From: Fibrobacterota bacterium
GTDB taxonomy: Bacteria > Fibrobacterota > Chitinivibrionia > Chitinivibrionales > FEN-1185
Length of the DNA stretch: 64,000 nt
Direction of reading: 5' to 3'
NCBI GenBank assembly: GCA_003165595.1
Contig: PLWQ01000012.1
Location: forward strand, 269,542-333,541
Shown: positions 45,121-54,492 of the stretch, in pieces
Numbering within the stretch: position 1 is the first letter of the stretch
Layout of the letters: each line of letters begins with the position of its first letter
Program-made: the position numbers and the translations under genes
Notes under the pieces: model-generated
What the model was told of the DNA's origin: nothing
Databases searched by the model: none
Seen by the model: only the letters and a program-made list of their open reading frames with translations

Positions 45121-46932
45121 ATGAAATTGTCCGGCTTTCTTCCCCGCCTGGCGCGGGCCTCGCTTTATGCCCTAACAGGTGCTGTCCCGGAAACCGCCGG
45201 GCTGGTTCGCGAGCGGGAGCAACAGGAAGAGCTCCTTCGCAAGAACGCGGAAGCGCTCGAACAGGCGAATAATCAGCTTGTCAAGGAAATCGAGGAGCAA
45301 AAACAGGCCAAAGAACAAATAAAGATGCTCGTTCGTTTCCCGGCAGACGACCCTTCGCCGGTAGTCCGTATCGACGCGGACGGAACCGTGGTCTATGGCA
45401 ACGCATCGTCGGCTCCCCTGCTGCGCGCCTGGCAATCCGGCGTGGGACTCCTTGTGCCCGACGTCATCAAAGACACGGTGCACGGTTCGCTCGCCTCCCA
45501 GAAAGGCGTGGAAATGGAGCATTTTGCCGACGGCAGGATCTATTCCCTCCAGGTAGTCCCTTTTCCCGATTCCGGATATGTCAACGTGTACGGCCGGGAC
45601 ATCACCAAGCGCAAAAACACCGAAGACCAGCTCGCCAGAGTTCACGAACACCTGGAAAATGAGGTTCTGGCCCGCACCGGCGAACTCCGGGGCACCAACG
45701 AACTTCTCAGGATGGAAATCAACGAGCGGGCAAAGGCCGAGGCGGCCCTCTCGAAACGCCAGCAGGTGCTGGAATCCATCTACGCCATCGAAACGACGTT
45801 TTCCGAATCGCTCGAAAACGCCTACGACCAGATCGCCCTCACCATTGCGCATATCATCAACGTACCGTACGCGGCCGTGGGCCAAGTGGAAAAAGGCAGG
45901 TTCAGGTACCTGTCGCAGTTGACAAACGGTGTCTTGACGCACGAGAAAGACACCCCGGTTGCCGGACACCCCTGCGGGATCGTGTACCGGGAAAAGAAGA
46001 TTTGCCACTTTAATGGCGACCTCCGCGCCATGTTTCCCGAACAGGCCGGGTCTCTCGCCGAAGCCTATTCATCGTACGTGAGCATCCCGATTCTTTCGAA
46101 GAAGGGCGAGGTCAACGGCATGATCTGCGTACTTGCTAAAGAAGAGATGGCGTTCGAAGACAATGATGTCCACCTGATGGAAATATTTGCGCGGTATATG
46201 GGCCACGAAATAGAACACGGTGTCATGGACGAACAGCTGCGCTCGGCCCACGAAATTTCCCTCCTGGGAACGCTCGCCTCAGGCGTGGCGCACGAGGTGC
46301 GCAACCCGCTTAACGGCATCCTCGCAATTAGCGAGGCCCTTTTCCAGAGCATCGGCGACAACAAGGAGTACCTCCCCTACCTCGAACACATACGCAATCA
46401 GGTGCACCGGCTGTCGGCCCTCATGAAAGACCTGCTCGATCTCGGCAAGCCGCTTATGCAGTCCGAATTCATGCCGCACCCGCTCGACGAACTTATCAGG
46501 ACCGTCATCGACACATTCCGTCATTCGTCGGCCCACAAAATGCGCACGATCGATTTCGTCTCAGCCCCGTCCGCCGGCGTCTGCCTCGTTATGGCGAACT
46601 CGACCAAGCTGCAGCAGGTTTTTTTCAACCTGCTCGAAAACGCCTGCGACCACAGCCCGGAAAACGAACCGGTGGTCGTCGAAATTTCCCGGCCGGAGGA
46701 ATTGTTCGTTGTCGTCCGCGTCGTCGACCGGGGAAAGGGGATTCCGCCGGAACTGATCGACCGCGTGTTCGAGCCTTTCTTTACCACGCGCAAAGGCGGC
46801 ACGGGCCTGGGCTTGAGCATTGTTAAACATATCGTGGAAATGCACTTGGGTGCGATATCCTTGTCAAATAACACACCGCCGCCGGGCCTCACCGTGGAAG
46901 TGAGACTTCCGCATTTTGCGGAACAGAAATAG
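45121..46932 (+). CDS. Sensor histidine kinase (PAS-like, GAF, HisKA, HATPase_c)
   Basis: ORF trimmed to ATG 45121. The H-box is LASGVAHEVRNPLNGI. The N and G boxes are NLLENACDHS and DRGKGIP...GTGLGLSIV. Confidence 0.85.
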   Translation: MKLSGFLPRLARASLYALTGAVPETAGLVREREQQEELLRKNAEALEQANNQLVKEIEEQKQAKEQIKMLVRFPADDPSPVVRIDADGTVVYGNASSAPLLRAWQSGVGLLVPDVIKDTVHGSLASQKGVEMEHFADGRIYSLQVVPFPDSGYVNVYGRDITKRKNTEDQLARVHEHLENEVLARTGELRGTNELLRMEINERAKAEAALSKRQQVLESIYAIETTFSESLENAYDQIALTIAHIINVPYAAVGQVEKGRFRYLSQLTNGVLTHEKDTPVAGHPCGIVYREKKICHFNGDLRAMFPEQAGSLAEAYSSYVSIPILSKKGEVNGMICVLAKEEMAFEDNDVHLMEIFARYMGHEIEHGVMDEQLRSAHEISLLGTLASGVAHEVRNPLNGILAISEALFQSIGDNKEYLPYLEHIRNQVHRLSALMKDLLDLGKPLMQSEFMPHPLDELIRTVIDTFRHSSAHKMRTIDFVSAPSAGVCLVMANSTKLQQVFFNLLENACDHSPENEPVVVEISRPEELFVVVRVVDRGKGIPPELIDRVFEPFFTTRKGGTGLGLSIVKHIVEMHLGAISLSNNTPPPGLTVEVRLPHFAEQK

Positions 46933-46977
46933 GCTGAACCCGTGTTCCGGCGGCAGGAGACCCCGGGGAGTTGATCG

Positions 46978-49284
46978 ATGGCAAAAAAACGGAAACCGGC
47001 GCGTTCGGCGGCGGCACGAAAAACGGAACGTCTTCCTGCCCAAAAAGACGCGGGGAAAAAGCACGCCAAGGCCACAGCTTCACAAAGCAGACAAACCGCG
47101 TTTCGCCCGGCTTCCCCAAAACCGGGTTTCCCCGTAGTCGGCATCGGCGCTTCGGCCGGCGGGCTCGAGGCACTCGACGACCTTTTCAGGAACCTGCCCC
47201 CGGATACCGGAATGGCCTATATCGTCGTCACCCATCAGCACCCGGGGCACACGAGCCTTCTTCCGGAGCTTTTGAGCAAAGAAACAGAAATCTCCGTCGT
47301 GCAGGCCAAAGACGGCGCGGTCTTGGAACCGAACCACGTCTACGTTTCACCGCCCGGGGCCTACGTTGCGGTGATGGATTCCACCATCCAACTCATGGAA
47401 CCGCCTGCCAAGGAAATCCCTCCGCTTCCAATTGACTTCTTCTTTCGCTCACTGGCACTGGATCTTGAAGAACGTGCCATCTGCATTGTGCTTTCCGGCA
47501 CCGGCTCCGACGGCACCATAGGCCTCAGGGACATTAAGAGCCACGGGGGAATGGCGATTGTACAGGAGGTGAAATCGGCACGATACGCGGGAATGCCCGT
47601 GAGCGCCATAAGCACGTCCCTGGCGGACTGCATCCTGCCGCCCGCGGCAATGCCCTCCCGGCTTGTTGCCTATGTCAATGGAACAAACTTGGTGCGACCG
47701 CTGCCGGAACCCGTGGAAATCCCCCGGGAAATGGAACGGCCGTTGCAGAAGATCTTCGTCCTCCTGCGCACGCGTCTCGGCCACGATTTCTCGTCGTACA
47801 AATTGAGCACCCTCCGCAGGCGCATCGAGCGCAGGATGAACGCGCACCAGATTTCCCGGCCGGAGCAGTACGCGCTGTCACCCGTTGCTCCCGTCAAGAA
47901 GGAAGGCATTTCCACGGTGGTGGAAAAGTTGCTGCTTTCCCGCTTTGCACCGCCGAGCGTCGTGGTGGACTCGCGAGGCGACATCGTGTACGTGCACGGT
48001 CGCACAGGCTCCTATTTCGAGCCGGCAAGCGGTCAACCTCGGCTCAACGTCTTTGATATGTCGCGCGAGGGCCTCAAGACGTTCCTCGCCTCTGCCGTCA
48101 GGTCGGCCCTCTCCCGGAACAAGGAGGTGGTGCACGAACGGGTGCGCATCCGGTCGAACGAAGGCTACGAATATGTCAACATTTCCGTGTCGCCGATACA
48201 AGACCCCGAACCGGTGCGCGGGTTGCTGCTGGTGACCTTTTCGCAGGCCCCGCAGCACGGCAAAGAGCAACCCATCCGCGCGACGGTCGGCCCGGCCGTA
48301 CCGGTCCCCCACAAAACCGACCTGGAGCGCGACCTGCAATTTACCAGGGAGTCCCTGCGAACGACCGTGGCGGAATTGGACACTTCCAACGAGGAGTTGA
48401 AATCGACAAACGAAGAATTGCAGTCGACAAACGAGGAAATGCAAAGCGCCAACGAGGAACTCGAAACGTCCAAAGAGGAATTGCAATCCCTCAACGAGGA
48501 GCTCACCACGGTCAACACGGAATTGCAGAGAAGGGTGGAAGAGCTTTCGCAAACCAACGACGACATGCAGAACCTGCTCAACGGAACCGACATCGCCACG
48601 ATCTTCCTGGACAACGACCTCAAAATCAAACGCTATACCGACAAAGCGGTCAAGATCGTCAAGCTCATTCCGACCGACGTGGGCAGGCCCGTTGGCGACC
48701 TGGCCTCGAATATCGAGTACGACGGGTTTGAGCGCGACGCCCGGCAAGTGCTTGCAACCCTCAATTTCAAGGAAACCGAAGTTTTTTCCAAAGACAACAC
48801 CTGTTACCAAATGCGCATTATGCCCTATCGCACGGCACGAAACGTTATTGACGGCCTGGTGGTCACCTTCGTTGACGTCAACCGCGTCAAACAAGCCGAG
48901 ACCGCCGGGCGAGAGGCCCGCGAACTGTTTGAAAGCATCTTTTCGTCCATGCGTGAGCCTATGATCGTGCTCGACGAGAATCTGCATTTGGTCCAGGCCA
49001 ATTCGAGCTGGTATGGGCTTTTCCAAACCTCCTCAAAATTATGCGACGGTAAGCCGATATTCGAACTCATGGGCGATTCGTGGAGCTCCCCGGCCGCGCG
49101 GCAATGGTTGGAAAGAACCGTGAGCAGCGGCGGCCCCTTAACAAAGAACCTGGACCTGTCGGTAGAAGTACCGCTGGCAGGACACCTGCGGTTCCATGTT
49201 GTTGCCAGGCGTGTGGAAAGCGGCGGCAAAGGCCGGCCGGCCAGGGCCTTGCTGCTTATGGAAAAGGCCGGAGAAAAATCGTGA
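46978..49284 (+). CDS. CheB-like methylesterase domain, CheR N-terminal remnant, PAS_10-like domain, coiled coil and PAS protein
   Basis: It has VVGIGASAGGLEAL...VLSGTGSDGT (CheB type), then FSSYKLSTLRRRIERRM (CheR_N). After that it jumps straight to LLLSRFAPPSVVVDSRGDIVYVHGRTG. The coiled coil is NEELKSTNEELQSTNEEMQSANEELETSKEELQSLNEEL. Confidence 0.8.
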   Translation: MAKKRKPARSAAARKTERLPAQKDAGKKHAKATASQSRQTAFRPASPKPGFPVVGIGASAGGLEALDDLFRNLPPDTGMAYIVVTHQHPGHTSLLPELLSKETEISVVQAKDGAVLEPNHVYVSPPGAYVAVMDSTIQLMEPPAKEIPPLPIDFFFRSLALDLEERAICIVLSGTGSDGTIGLRDIKSHGGMAIVQEVKSARYAGMPVSAISTSLADCILPPAAMPSRLVAYVNGTNLVRPLPEPVEIPREMERPLQKIFVLLRTRLGHDFSSYKLSTLRRRIERRMNAHQISRPEQYALSPVAPVKKEGISTVVEKLLLSRFAPPSVVVDSRGDIVYVHGRTGSYFEPASGQPRLNVFDMSREGLKTFLASAVRSALSRNKEVVHERVRIRSNEGYEYVNISVSPIQDPEPVRGLLLVTFSQAPQHGKEQPIRATVGPAVPVPHKTDLERDLQFTRESLRTTVAELDTSNEELKSTNEELQSTNEEMQSANEELETSKEELQSLNEELTTVNTELQRRVEELSQTNDDMQNLLNGTDIATIFLDNDLKIKRYTDKAVKIVKLIPTDVGRPVGDLASNIEYDGFERDARQVLATLNFKETEVFSKDNTCYQMRIMPYRTARNVIDGLVVTFVDVNRVKQAETAGREARELFESIFSSMREPMIVLDENLHLVQANSSWYGLFQTSSKLCDGKPIFELMGDSWSSPAARQWLERTVSSGGPLTKNLDLSVEVPLAGHLRFHVVARRVESGGKGRPARALLLMEKAGEKS

Positions 49285-49312
49285 GTACTCCCAAAAAACA
49301 AGGCGGACGAGA

Positions 49313-52300
49313 ATGAATCTTACTCGCCGTTCCATATCCCGGCTTCGCAAGGAAGCCGAATCGATCCTGAAGGAAAATCCGAATGCCGCGCCCGTCCTAA
49401 AGACGGCGAGCGTCCAAGAACTGCTTTACGAGCTTCAAGTTTACGAAACGGAGCTCGAAATTCAGAACGAGGACCTTCGGAAGGCGCACTTCGACCTTGT
49501 CGAGACGCGCGACCGCTTCGCCGAGTTGTACGACTTTGCTCCTACGGGTTACTTCACCCTGGACGCCGAAACAAGGATAGTGGAAGCCAACCTGACCGCG
49601 GTGAAATTGTTCGGCCTCAACCGTTCGGAAATCAAGGACGGCCGTTCCAAATTCTCCGACCTTGTCGCACCCCAAAGCCAGGACGACTGGTTCAGGTTCC
49701 GGCGGCGGATGTTTATCGGCGACGAAAAGCAGTCGTGCGAGCTCGATTGCGGCAGCGTCAAAGGCCCGTTTTTCAGGTGCCAGATCGAAAGCGTGGTGGT
49801 TCGCGGGGACGGGCATTCCGGCGACCAAAGTCTCATCGCCCTTATCGACATCACCGACCGCAGCAAGGCCCGGGAAGCCCTTCTGCACGCCAACAAAGTT
49901 ATCGGCGCCATTGCGACGCACGACGGTCTCGTAATTGCCGACGCGTCGGGAAAGATAACGGACATGAACCAAACCGCACTCGCCCTGTTCGGGTTCGGGT
50001 CCAAAGAAGATATGGTGCGGGTGATGTCCGGCGATGCAAAGGTGATGGACCTCTCCGGCCCGGACGGCAAGGAGCTATCCATAGGGCAATGGCCTCTAAT
50101 GCGGGTTTGCGCCGGAGAAAGTTTTGCGGAACAGGAATATTCGGTATACGTCCGCGCAACCAAACGGCGCTGGTACGCAGTCTTTAGCGGCGCGCCGGTC
50201 CGCGACGAAAACGGCAAGATAGAAAATGCAGTCTTGACAATACGCGATATTTCGGACAGGAAACAGGCCGAATGGGCAGAACAGGCGGCGCGCGAGCTCG
50301 CCGATCACAAGATGGAAGAGGCCCTGGAAATGAAGAATCGGCTCGAAGCCGTAATGCAGGTTCTACCCGTGGGCGTCGCCTTGCTCGACACCCAGGGCGG
50401 GACCATCTCGGCCAACCGGGCATTCGATGAAATCTGGGGTAACCCAAGGCCGGCAGCAAGAACTATCGGCGATTACATCCAGGATAAGGCGTCGTGGGCG
50501 GATACGGGGAAAACCGTATTGCCCGATGAGTGGGCGTCTTCGCGTGCGTTGCGCAACGGGAAAACCGTTACCGGCCAGATTATCCGGATCGTCGGCTTTG
50601 ACGGCGTCCAGCGCGTTGTCCTTGACAACGCGGCACCCATTTTGGACACGTTCGGCGAAGTTGCCGGATGCGCAGTGACCATCCAGGACCTCACCCGGCA
50701 AATGGAAAACGAAAGAGCGGTCCGGGAAAGCGAAGAACGGCTGCGTCTTGCCCAGGTGAGCGCAAAAGTCGGGATATGGGACTGGGACCTTGCAAAGGAC
50801 TCCGTGGCCTTTACCCCGGAGCTCAACCTTATCTACGGCCTTGCGCCCGGCACCATCAAGACCTACCGGGACTGGCGCGGGTTCGCTGATCCGGACGACA
50901 TGGAAAATGCCGAAAAGGAGCGCGACAAGGCAATTGCCAAACGCGAACCGTTCAACCTGGAATTTCGCATCCGTCACAGCTCGGGCGAAGTGCGGTGGGT
51001 AAACGCCAAGGGCGGGGCCATGCGCGACAATGCCGGCAAACCCGTGCGCGTGCTCGGAGTCGTTATCGACATCACCGAGCGCAAACGAATGGAAGCATTG
51101 CTGCGGGAAAGCGAAGAACGGTATCGGCTCCTTGTCCAGAAGGCGCCGGCAGGCATTTTTGAGGTGGGTTTCCCCGACGGGAAACTATCAGATGTAAATG
51201 ACGCTATGTGCAACATCCTTGGCTACTCGCGCGCGGAGATCTCAAGCATCACCGCGTTCGACCTCCTCGACGACGAGGGGAAAATCCGCTTTGCCACCCG
51301 CATTCGCCAGGGGGAGTCCGGAGAAAAACCCGGAGAGTCCGTGGAATACAGGGTGCGGACAAAAGACGGGCACTTTTTGTGGGCGCTCCTGAACACCACC
51401 TTCAAATGGAACAACGGAAAGATCGTTGGGGCGATGGTGGTGGCGCACGATATCACCGAGCGCAAACAGATGGAAGAAAAGCTGCAAACCACGCTGCGGC
51501 GATTTTATCTGATCCTTTCGAATATGCATTTCGGGATCCTGCTCGTCACCAACGAAAATCGGGTTGAATTCGTCAACCAGTCGTTTTGTGATATGTTCGG
51601 TCTTAAAGATCTTCCCGACGATCTTATGAAACTGTCCGCGAATGAAATGATTGACAAAATCAGGCCTTGCTATGCAAAGCCCGACGAGGCCGTGGCCCGC
51701 ATCGGGGAACTGGTGCTTCTCGGCCAAACGGTAAGCGGCGAAGACGTGGGCATGGCCGGCGGACAGTCGCTGCTGCGGGATTTTATTCCTATCCGGATCG
51801 GCGACAAACTGTACGGCCGGCTTTGGGTCCATACGGACATCACCGAGCGCAAAAAGGCCGAGGAAACGCTGCGGGAAAGCGAACAGCGGTTTAAGTCGCT
51901 CTACTTGTCAATGTCGGAAGGGCTTGCCAACCATGAAATCGTCTATATCGATGAAAAAGCCGCCGACTACATCATCACCGATGCAAACCCGGCCTTCGAA
52001 CGTATCACCGGACTCGATCGAACGTCCTCCGTGGGTAAAAAGGCCTCGATTCTCTACGGGACGGGAAGCCCGCCCTTCCTGGACATCTACGCAAGGGTGG
52101 CGGAGAGCGGCGTGCCGGAGTATTTTGAAACGCCATTCCCTCCCATGAAGAAGCACTTTGCCATTTCGGTGTTCTCTCCGGGTAAGGGAAAGTTCGCCAC
52201 GGTGTTCGCCGACATCACCGAGCGCAAACAGGTCGAAGAAGCATTGGCTGCCGAATCGACTGCCACAGCTCTCCTTCAGAAGATCACCGCGCGCTTTGTA

Positions 52301-53299
52301 CGGGCAGGTGAGCTTGAGGACGCCCTCGGAGAGATCGTGGATGCCGCGATTGCCATGACCCATGCCGACATGGGCAACATCCAGCTTCTCCAGCCGGAAT
52401 CGGTTTGCCTCAAAATTGCAGCGTATCGCGGATTCGAAGAACCGTTCCTGAATTTCTGGAACGCGGTCGCCGGGGGCCAGGGCAACTGCGGTACGGCAAT
52501 AAAGAAAGCGGAGCGCTCAATTGTCGAGGACGTCACCAAAAGCGATATTTTGGTCGGAACCCCATCCCTCAAGGTTCAGCTCGACGCGGGCGTTCGTGCC
52601 GTCCAATCCACTCCCTTGATAAGCCATTCGGGCACTCTTATTGGAATGCTGTCCACGCACTGGCGTGTTCCCCATCGGCCGCAGCAACGCGAATTGGATC
52701 TGCTCGACCTGCTGGTCCAGGAGGCGGTGGATATTATCGAGCTTGCCCGTGCCGAAGATGCCCTGCGCGAAAGTGAGGAACGGTTCAAGGCCATTGCAGA
52801 AACCACACCGGTCGGCATTGGGGTGGTCGGGCTCTCCGAGGCAACATTTCTATATGTCAATCCAGCGTATGTAAAATCGTTCGGCTACACCGAAAGCGAG
52901 ATTCTTGGCAAGGGCGTGCAAGACATTTATTGGAGCATTGAAGACCGGGACCGGGTACTGGGCATCCTCAAGAAAGAAGGAAATGTTGCAGAATATGAAG
53001 TGAAACTCAAACGCAAGGACGGGGCGCCGTTCTGGGGATTGTCGTCGGTGCGGCCCATAACCTATGGCGGCAGACCGGCGCTCCTTGGCGCATTCGTCGA
53101 CATCACCGAGCGCAGGCGTGCGGAGGATGAGGTCAAGCGGCACGCCGAGGAACTGAAAGCGGCGAATGAGGAACTGGTGCGCTTTAACCGCGCCATGGTC
53201 GACCGTGAATTACGCATGATCGAGCTTAAGAAACAAGTGAACGAATTGTGCGGAAAAATGGGGATGGAGCCGATGTATAAGGTGGGAAAAGAACAATAA
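49313..53299 (+). CDS. Multi-PAS/GAF sensor protein without recognisable output domain (about 1328 aa)
   Basis: ORF 49196..53299 trimmed to ATG 49313. The N-terminus has ELQVYETELEIQNEDLR. Repeated PAS units are separated by DITERK...LRESEERxx linkers, and there is one GAF. The C-terminal coiled coil is NEELVRFNRAMVDRELRMIELKKQVNELCGKMG. Confidence 0.85.
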   Translation: MNLTRRSISRLRKEAESILKENPNAAPVLKTASVQELLYELQVYETELEIQNEDLRKAHFDLVETRDRFAELYDFAPTGYFTLDAETRIVEANLTAVKLFGLNRSEIKDGRSKFSDLVAPQSQDDWFRFRRRMFIGDEKQSCELDCGSVKGPFFRCQIESVVVRGDGHSGDQSLIALIDITDRSKAREALLHANKVIGAIATHDGLVIADASGKITDMNQTALALFGFGSKEDMVRVMSGDAKVMDLSGPDGKELSIGQWPLMRVCAGESFAEQEYSVYVRATKRRWYAVFSGAPVRDENGKIENAVLTIRDISDRKQAEWAEQAARELADHKMEEALEMKNRLEAVMQVLPVGVALLDTQGGTISANRAFDEIWGNPRPAARTIGDYIQDKASWADTGKTVLPDEWASSRALRNGKTVTGQIIRIVGFDGVQRVVLDNAAPILDTFGEVAGCAVTIQDLTRQMENERAVRESEERLRLAQVSAKVGIWDWDLAKDSVAFTPELNLIYGLAPGTIKTYRDWRGFADPDDMENAEKERDKAIAKREPFNLEFRIRHSSGEVRWVNAKGGAMRDNAGKPVRVLGVVIDITERKRMEALLRESEERYRLLVQKAPAGIFEVGFPDGKLSDVNDAMCNILGYSRAEISSITAFDLLDDEGKIRFATRIRQGESGEKPGESVEYRVRTKDGHFLWALLNTTFKWNNGKIVGAMVVAHDITERKQMEEKLQTTLRRFYLILSNMHFGILLVTNENRVEFVNQSFCDMFGLKDLPDDLMKLSANEMIDKIRPCYAKPDEAVARIGELVLLGQTVSGEDVGMAGGQSLLRDFIPIRIGDKLYGRLWVHTDITERKKAEETLRESEQRFKSLYLSMSEGLANHEIVYIDEKAADYIITDANPAFERITGLDRTSSVGKKASILYGTGSPPFLDIYARVAESGVPEYFETPFPPMKKHFAISVFSPGKGKFATVFADITERKQVEEALAAESTATALLQKITARFVRAGELEDALGEIVDAAIAMTHADMGNIQLLQPESVCLKIAAYRGFEEPFLNFWNAVAGGQGNCGTAIKKAERSIVEDVTKSDILVGTPSLKVQLDAGVRAVQSTPLISHSGTLIGMLSTHWRVPHRPQQRELDLLDLLVQEAVDIIELARAEDALRESEERFKAIAETTPVGIGVVGLSEATFLYVNPAYVKSFGYTESEILGKGVQDIYWSIEDRDRVLGILKKEGNVAEYEVKLKRKDGAPFWGLSSVRPITYGGRPALLGAFVDITERRRAEDEVKRHAEELKAANEELVRFNRAMVDRELRMIELKKQVNELCGKMGMEPMYKVGKEQ

Positions 53300-53303
53300 A
53301 GAG

Positions 53304-53630
53304 TGATTGGGAAAAAAGAGAAAAGGGTCATTGGTCATCGGGAAAACGGAGAAGAGAGTCATTGGTCATTAGAACAAAAACCGAGAATCGGTCATTAGAA
53401 AGAATGGAGAAGAGGTCATCGGTTATCGGGAAAACAGAGAAAAGGGTTATTGGTCATCGGTCATTAGAAACAAGGCCGAGACGAGTTTCTTCCAATGACT
53501 AATGACTACTTCTCCCAATGACCTTTTCCGAATGACTAATGACTTTCTTTCCCAGTGACCTTTTCCCAATGACTAATGACTTCTTCTCCCAATGACCTTT
53601 TCCCAACGACGAATGACTTCTATTGGGGTA
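53304..53630. repeat. Dyad-symmetric array of GTCATTGGTCAT-type units (left flank of the four-helix-bundle gene)
   Basis: About 5 forward units (purine-rich GGGAAAAC/GAGAAAAGG spacer plus GTCATTGGTCATyrG) span 53304-53470. About 5-6 reverse units (CCAATGACTAATGAC plus TTCTTCTCCC) span 53490-53630. The centre is near 53480. Confidence 0.7.
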
Positions 53631-53637
53631 ACGGAAT

Positions 53638-54072
53638 ATGGTATTAGAAGAACTCGAAGTTTACAGGCTGGCAATAGACATCGGGGAACGCGTTTGGACC
53701 GAAGTCGCCCGCTGGGATTTCTTCGCGAAAGACACTGTCGGGAAGCAGCTTGTGAGAGCGGCGGACTCCGTTGCCGCAAACATCGGCGAGGGATTCGGCA
53801 GGTTCCACTATAAAGAAAACAAACATTTCCTCTACTACGGCAGGGGATCTCTGTTCGAAACCAAGACCTGGCTTCTCAAAGCCGAAAAACGAAAGTTGAT
53901 TTCCGGGGAAAGCCACCGGAATTTCGAGCAGGATCTCAACCGTCTCGGGCGAATGCTCAATGCCTATATCAAGTCCATCGGGAACGACTATCAGCGTGTT
54001 GCGGAAGATGGCGCCCAATGGAATTTGGATCCATCTCCGGAGGCGGGAGACCCGTTTGCGAATGAAAAATAG
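53638..54072 (+). CDS. Four-helix-bundle protein of the 23S rRNA intervening-sequence protein family
   Basis: 144 aa. LEVYRLAIDIGERVW...GKQLVRAADSVAANIGEGFGRFHYKENKHFLYYGRGSLFETKTWL matches the family signature. Confidence 0.8.
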   Translation: MVLEELEVYRLAIDIGERVWTEVARWDFFAKDTVGKQLVRAADSVAANIGEGFGRFHYKENKHFLYYGRGSLFETKTWLLKAEKRKLISGESHRNFEQDLNRLGRMLNAYIKSIGNDYQRVAEDGAQWNLDPSPEAGDPFANEK

Positions 54073-54074
54073 AA

Positions 54075-54480
54075 AGAAATGGTCATTAGTCATTGGAAAT
54101 CATAAGATGGAAAGAAATGGTCATTAGTCATTGGAAATCGTGGGCGGAAAATGTGTGTATGCTGTTGCAAATGAAAATAGAAAGAATGGGCATTAGTCAT
54201 TGGAAATCGTGAGTGGAAAATGGCGCATATCCTGTTGCAAATAAAAATAGAAAGAATGGGCATTAGTGATTGGAAATCAAAAGACGGAAAGAAATGGTCA
54301 TTAGTTATTAGAAATTGGAAGTAGAAGGTGGTACACATGTCTTTCCAGGACCTTTTCCCAATGACCAATGACCTTTTTCCAATGACCAATGACTCTTTTC
54401 CTGTGTTCAATGACTTTTTTGACGACCAATGCCCCTTTCCCAATGACGAATGACTCTCTTTATGACCAATGACCTTTTCT
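54075..54480. repeat. Second dyad-symmetric GTCATTAGTCATTGG / CCAATGACCAATGAC array (right flank), including 70-bp tandem repeats
   Basis: Forward units span 54080-54312 and reverse units span 54350-54480. Within the forward half, a ~70-bp unit recurs starting at 54163 and 54233 and copies the ORF 3' end. Confidence 0.7.
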
Positions 54481-54492
54481 TGTGATTCCGGG

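Noticed and set aside
48370-48530. Periodic DNA repeat (AACGAGGAA / GAATTGCA units) inside the CheB-like gene.
   Set aside because: It is explained by the heptad coiled coil NEELxSxNEE, repeated in the protein and typical of this protein family. It is not an independent DNA element.
53304-54480. The possibility that the GTCATTGGTCAT arrays are a CRISPR locus.
   Set aside because: The repeats are short, degenerate and irregularly spaced, and they invert polarity within each array. There are no unique spacers of constant length and no cas genes in the window.
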